From: Trypanosoma brucei
Taxonomy: Eukaryota
Length of the DNA: 64,000 nt
Direction of reading: 5' to 3'
Assembly (NCBI GenBank): GCA_000002445.1
Contig: CP000069.1
Location: 352,001-416,000, forward strand
In this document: positions 50,054 to 64,000 of the stretch, piece after piece
Layout: each line of letters starts with the position of its first letter
Numbering within the stretch: the first letter of the stretch is position 1
Program-made: the position numbers and the translations under genes
Notes under the pieces: generated by a model
Database searches by the model: none
Told to the model about the DNA's origin: nothing
What the model saw: the letters and a program-made list of their open reading frames with translations, nothing else

Positions 50054-52411
50054 CTATGATACTTCGGTGCTTTTTAAGCTCTCTTGCATGTTGGCCAGTT
50101 CTTGCTCTTGTTCCAAAAGCCACTCCATCCCGCCCTTTGAATTGAATTCTTCGTGTGCTTTTGCATACTTGGCCAACTCCTTTGAAAGCTTCTTCAGTTC
50201 CTTTTCCCCAACTACTTCACCACGTGAGTTACTGGTGGGGAGTCCAGTTTCCTCGTCGAAGGTGGCGTACACACTCCCGCTTTGCATCTTGAAGTAATCT
50301 TTCGGAGAGGATGTGTAATTCCTCCACTTTTCCACAAGCTTCTTCTTTGTCTCAATTTGGTTCTGCAACTTCCTCCGCCTGTCGTTGGCCTGTTGCTCTC
50401 TCCGCTCAGAGATTTCCCGCAGCAAAACGGCTGGGTCGTCTCTCTTCCACGTGGTTGGCCCATTGGGACTGTCCTCTATTCGGATACCGGCCTGTGCAAG
50501 CCATTCGTCCCGGATAGCGTCACATAAGGGAAGAAAGTTTGCTGTTGTACCGCTAGCCTTAGCTTCACTACGTACTGAATCGCGGAAGCGAAGCAAAGCT
50601 TCCATCACAGGTACCAATTGGTCATCCGTTTGTCGTGTTTTTGTGAAACCAACCATGTCATTCCCATCCACCACACCAAATACCTGTAGTATCCGGGTAA
50701 CATAACGACCGACCTTGTGCACCAATGTGGCACTGGGGCGTTGTCCTGTGACAAGATACCGGTTTGTCTCGCTCACAAGTCCCATGATCGCTTCCATAGC
50801 GGTGGGGGTGTCAAAGTTGTTGCGCAATGCCGCGTCCACGGCGCTCTCGGTGGAAATCCAGGCCTCATTCAACTTGCGGTCGTGCTCATTGAAGCCCTGT
50901 ATTTCTTTCAGTGTATCACTTCGAAGCACCATATCAACACTTCCAAAGAAAGAACGCAAAACTCTTTCGCGCTCCTTTGCCTCGTCAATGCTTTGATCAG
51001 AGAAATTCATTGCCTTATTCCATTGGTTTGCAAGAAAAAGGAGCCGCATCGTACGCGGAGTTACACCCAGGTCATCCAAAGCATGACGAATAGTAATGAA
51101 ATTCTTCAGACTCTTGCTCATCTTCAGCCCTTTAATGTGTAGGTGACCGCAGTGCAAAAAATAGTTCACCCATTGATGTTGCATACTGTATGCTTCACTC
51201 TGTGCACACTCGTTGTCATGGTGTGGAAACTTCAGGTCGCATCCACCACTATGAATATCCATATTTGTGCCGAGTATATCAGAGGCCATAACCGAGCACT
51301 CAATGTGCCAACCCGGTCTTCCGGCACCCCAAGGTGAAGGCCAGTGGGGTTCACCAGGCTTTGAGAATTTCCACAGCGCGAAATCGTTGGGACTCCGCTT
51401 CTCACCGGCAACACATGCGGCAAGTGCGCCCTCACCTTCCGCCATTTCGGCTTCGGTCGTGTTGCATTCATCGCGCTCGCTTATGGGCTTTAGCTTTGGA
51501 TAGTTGTGCCCCGCCCGTATGAAAGCGGTCGTATCAAAGAACACCGAAGTTTCGCCAGAATAGGCGAAACCGTTGTCCATAATCCTTTGAATAAAGTTGA
51601 CCACTTGCGGAACATACTCTGTCACGCGCGTAATGACATCAGGATCCTTCACCCCGAGGCGCTTCATATCTTCAAAAAAAAGCCGCTCATAACGCCGTGC
51701 ATGATCATCAAATATTTTTTGGTCGGTCACAGTGTGACCCTCGAGCTGGTCCAGCAGGTCACCGTTAATACCTGAGGCCGCATCAAACAGTTCGTCAAAG
51801 TCGCCAGCCTTAATAGCGCTTTGAATACGACCACTTGTGTCACTGAACTGTGTTTCCTTAAGTGCGAGTTCCATGATTTTCTCTTCCCTCTCCATCCGAA
51901 CACGGCTAGAAGTACCCTCTGGCAGCGCTTGCGACAACTTTTCCCTCGTCTCCGAGAGGGCACGCGAAGCCGATCTCTGCGCTTCCACTGTAAATTTAAC
52001 AAGTTTCTCCATATTACCACCCTCAAGAGTCACATCGCGAAAATGACGCAAAAGTGAAGAAACCCTCGCCCGCTTAATAATCTTATCGTCAATATCCGTA
52101 ATATTCATCTGATAAATTACTTTATACCCAAAGAAATCTTCCATAATGCGCCGTAGGATATCAAAAGTAAGGTAAGCGCGCGCATGGCCCATATGAGAGA
52201 CATCATATACCGTTGGCCCACAAGTGTACCACCGCACCAACCGCCCCTCACGAGGTGCAAACTTCTCAAGGCACTCAGTCATGGAATTAAGAACACAAAC
52301 ATCATTGCCATCAACATTCAAAGGCGGATACCACGGCGGATGTCGAGAACGTTTCACAGGTTCACACACATTCAAACCATCTGCTAATAACAAACCGTCA
52401 CTTTCCTTCAT
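50054..52411 (-). CDS. CysRS: cysteinyl-tRNA synthetase (class I aaRS)
   Basis: The HIGH motif (VSHMGHARAYLTFDILRR) and KMSKS motif (LKMSKSLKNF) are present, with CysRS-type spacing and a characteristic WPSPWG...GWHIECS block. The first codon of the track ORF at 52492 is TTG, so the start was moved to the first ATG at 52411-52409 (MKESDGLLL...). A polypyrimidine tract and a CAG lie on the sense strand just upstream. Confidence 0.85.
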   Translation of the reverse strand: MKESDGLLLADGLNVCEPVKRSRHPPWYPPLNVDGNDVCVLNSMTECLEKFAPREGRLVRWYTCGPTVYDVSHMGHARAYLTFDILRRIMEDFFGYKVIYQMNITDIDDKIIKRARVSSLLRHFRDVTLEGGNMEKLVKFTVEAQRSASRALSETREKLSQALPEGTSSRVRMEREEKIMELALKETQFSDTSGRIQSAIKAGDFDELFDAASGINGDLLDQLEGHTVTDQKIFDDHARRYERLFFEDMKRLGVKDPDVITRVTEYVPQVVNFIQRIMDNGFAYSGETSVFFDTTAFIRAGHNYPKLKPISERDECNTTEAEMAEGEGALAACVAGEKRSPNDFALWKFSKPGEPHWPSPWGAGRPGWHIECSVMASDILGTNMDIHSGGCDLKFPHHDNECAQSEAYSMQHQWVNYFLHCGHLHIKGLKMSKSLKNFITIRHALDDLGVTPRTMRLLFLANQWNKAMNFSDQSIDEAKERERVLRSFFGSVDMVLRSDTLKEIQGFNEHDRKLNEAWISTESAVDAALRNNFDTPTAMEAIMGLVSETNRYLVTGQRPSATLVHKVGRYVTRILQVFGVVDGNDMVGFTKTRQTDDQLVPVMEALLRFRDSVRSEAKASGTTANFLPLCDAIRDEWLAQAGIRIEDSPNGPTTWKRDDPAVLLREISERREQQANDRRRKLQNQIETKKKLVEKWRNYTSSPKDYFKMQSGSVYATFDEETGLPTSNSRGEVVGEKELKKLSKELAKYAKAHEEFNSKGGMEWLLEQEQELANMQESLKSTEVS

Positions 52412-52480
52412 CGCAAAGCTGCAATTAAAAGAAAACGAAGTTCTGAAAAAATAACGTAAAGAAAAACGAAACGTTGTAAA
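52412..52480 (-). promoter_or_regulatory. probable trans-splicing signal for CysRS (polypyrimidine tract + AG acceptor ~9 nt upstream of ATG)
   Basis: Sense-strand sequence upstream of the ATG: ...tttttacgttattttttcagaacttcgttttcttttaattgcag|ctttgcgATG. Kinetoplastid mRNAs are matured by SL trans-splicing at an AG downstream of a poly-Y tract; this is established knowledge applied here by inspection. Confidence 0.4.
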
Positions 52481-52803
52481 AGATACAAACAACTAAAAAA
52501 AGTAAAAAAAAAGAACTAAAGCAAAAAAAGGAAAGGAAAAAAGAAAATAGCAAACAAATAAAAAAACACACGCGTGGCTAAGACGGCATCAGCACTCACT
52601 GTACCGGAGCGCAGCACATTCTGCTATGCACATACCACACGCACATGCCCTCCAGGTGTATTACAGTTCCACTACACAGCCGCTCGCCGAAGAAGATAGA
52701 ATTGAGGGGGAGTAAAAAGGGAAGGAAATAAAAACAAAAACCAAGCAATAATGAACGAGAAACACCAATCACAAGGTGAAGCGCAACCCAAGACCACGCC
52801 ACC

Positions 52804-54387
<1,584 letters not shown>

Positions 54388-54567
54388 CTATGCACATACC
54401 ACACGCACATGCCCTCCAGGTGTATTACAGTTCCACTACACAGCCGCTCGCCGAAGAAGATAGAATTGAGGGGGAGTAAAAAGGGAAGGAAATAAAAACA
54501 AAAACCAAGCAATAATGAACGAGAAACACCAATCACAAGGTGAAGCGCAACCCAAGACCACGCCACC

Positions 54568-56151
<1,584 letters not shown>

Positions 56152-56331
56152 CTATGCACATACCACACGCACATGCCCTCCAGGTGTATTACAGTTCCAC
56201 TACACAGCCGCTCGCCGAAGAAGATAGAATTGAGGGGGAGTAAAAAGGGAAGGAAATAAAAACAAAAACCAAGCAATAATGAACGAGAAACACCAATCAC
56301 AAGGTGAAGCGCAACCCAAGACCACGCCACC

Positions 56332-57915
<1,584 letters not shown>

Positions 57916-58095
57916 CTATGCACATACCACACGCACATGCCCTCCAGGTGTATTACAGTTCCACTACACAGCCGCTCGCCGAAGAAGATAGAATTGAGGG
58001 GGAGTAAAAAGGGAAGGAAATAAAAAAAAAAACCAAGCAATAATGAACGAGAAACACCAATCACAAGGTGAAGCGCAACCCAAGACTACGCCACC

Positions 58096-59676
<1,581 letters not shown>

Positions 59677-59856
59677 CTATGCACATACCACACGCACATG
59701 CCCTCCAGGTGTATTACAGTTCCACTACACAGCCGCTCGCCGAAGAAGATAGAATTGAGGGGGAGTAAAAAGGGAAGGAAATAAAAAAAAAAACCAAGCA
59801 ATAATGAACGAGAAACACCAATCACAAGGTGAAGCGCAACCCAAGACTACGCCACC

Positions 59857-61437
<1,581 letters not shown>

Positions 61438-61617
61438 CTATGCACATACCACACGCACATGCCCTCCAGGTGTATTACAGTTCCACTACACAGCCGCTCG
61501 CCGAAGAAGATAGAATTGAGGGGGAGTAAAAAGGGAAGGAAATAAAAACAAAAACCAAGCAATAATGAACGAGAAACACCAATCACAAGGTGAAGCGCAA
61601 CCCAAGACCACGCCACC

Positions 61618-63201
<1,584 letters not shown>

Positions 63202-63381
63202 CTATGCACATACCACACGCACATGCCCTCCAGGTGTATTACAGTTCCACTACACAGCCGCTCGCCGAAGAAGATAGAATTGAGGGGGAGTAAAAAGGGA
63301 AGGAAATAAAAACAAAAACCAAGCAATAATGAACGAGAAACACCAATCACAAGGTGAAGCGCAACCCAAGACCACGCCACC

Positions 63382-64000
<619 letters not shown>

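Overview
This window reads as nuclear DNA from a Trypanosoma brucei-group kinetoplastid. From memory, the gene order matches the chromosome 6 metacaspase / cysteine-peptidase region, though I could not run a search to confirm this. Every convincing protein-coding gene, about 20 in all, lies on the minus strand. The window is therefore one polycistronic transcription unit read from high to low coordinates, with no strand-switch region, rRNA gene or complete tRNA gene. From position 1 upward, the calls are as follows.

- A PUF-domain RNA-binding protein, partial, running off the window start.
- A small two-TM hypothetical protein.
- A GST-fold protein.
- NOT2 of the CCR4-NOT complex, carrying a poly-Gln tract.
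- A 778-aa Cys/Ser-rich hypothetical protein.
- A 1772-aa myotubularin-like phosphatase with an intact CSDGWDR active site.
- A hypothetical tail-anchored protein.
- A 1564-aa SAC3/GANP-motif protein.
- A roughly 980-aa coiled-coil protein.
- A SET-domain methyltransferase.
- A DEAH-box helicase whose reading frame is broken into two ORFs by a 1-nt difference in a G5 homopolymer.
- Two tandemly duplicated metacaspases (357 aa and 347 aa, as in MCA3 and MCA2).
- Cysteinyl-tRNA synthetase.
- A head-to-tail array of at least six complete copies plus one partial copy of the cathepsin-L-like cysteine peptidase (rhodesain/brucipain type, 450 aa), with a unit length of 1764 or 1761 bp.

Intergenic regions are AT-rich and low in complexity, with (TA)n, (AC)n and AAT microsatellites and with polypyrimidine tracts on the sense strand.

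The ORF track appears to allow non-ATG starts, so several starts were moved to the first real ATG. Two calls are not in the track because each is open to a window edge: the PUF gene at the start and the partial seventh peptidase copy at the end.

The most notable observations are these.

- The helicase split at a G5 run.
- A perfect tRNA T-arm motif in a hairpin directly 3' of both metacaspase stop codons.
- A candidate unannotated 54-aa tail-anchored ORF.
- Copy-class heterogeneity within the protease array.
- A 33-bp in-frame tandem repeat in NOT2.
- An interstitial telomeric hexamer repeat.
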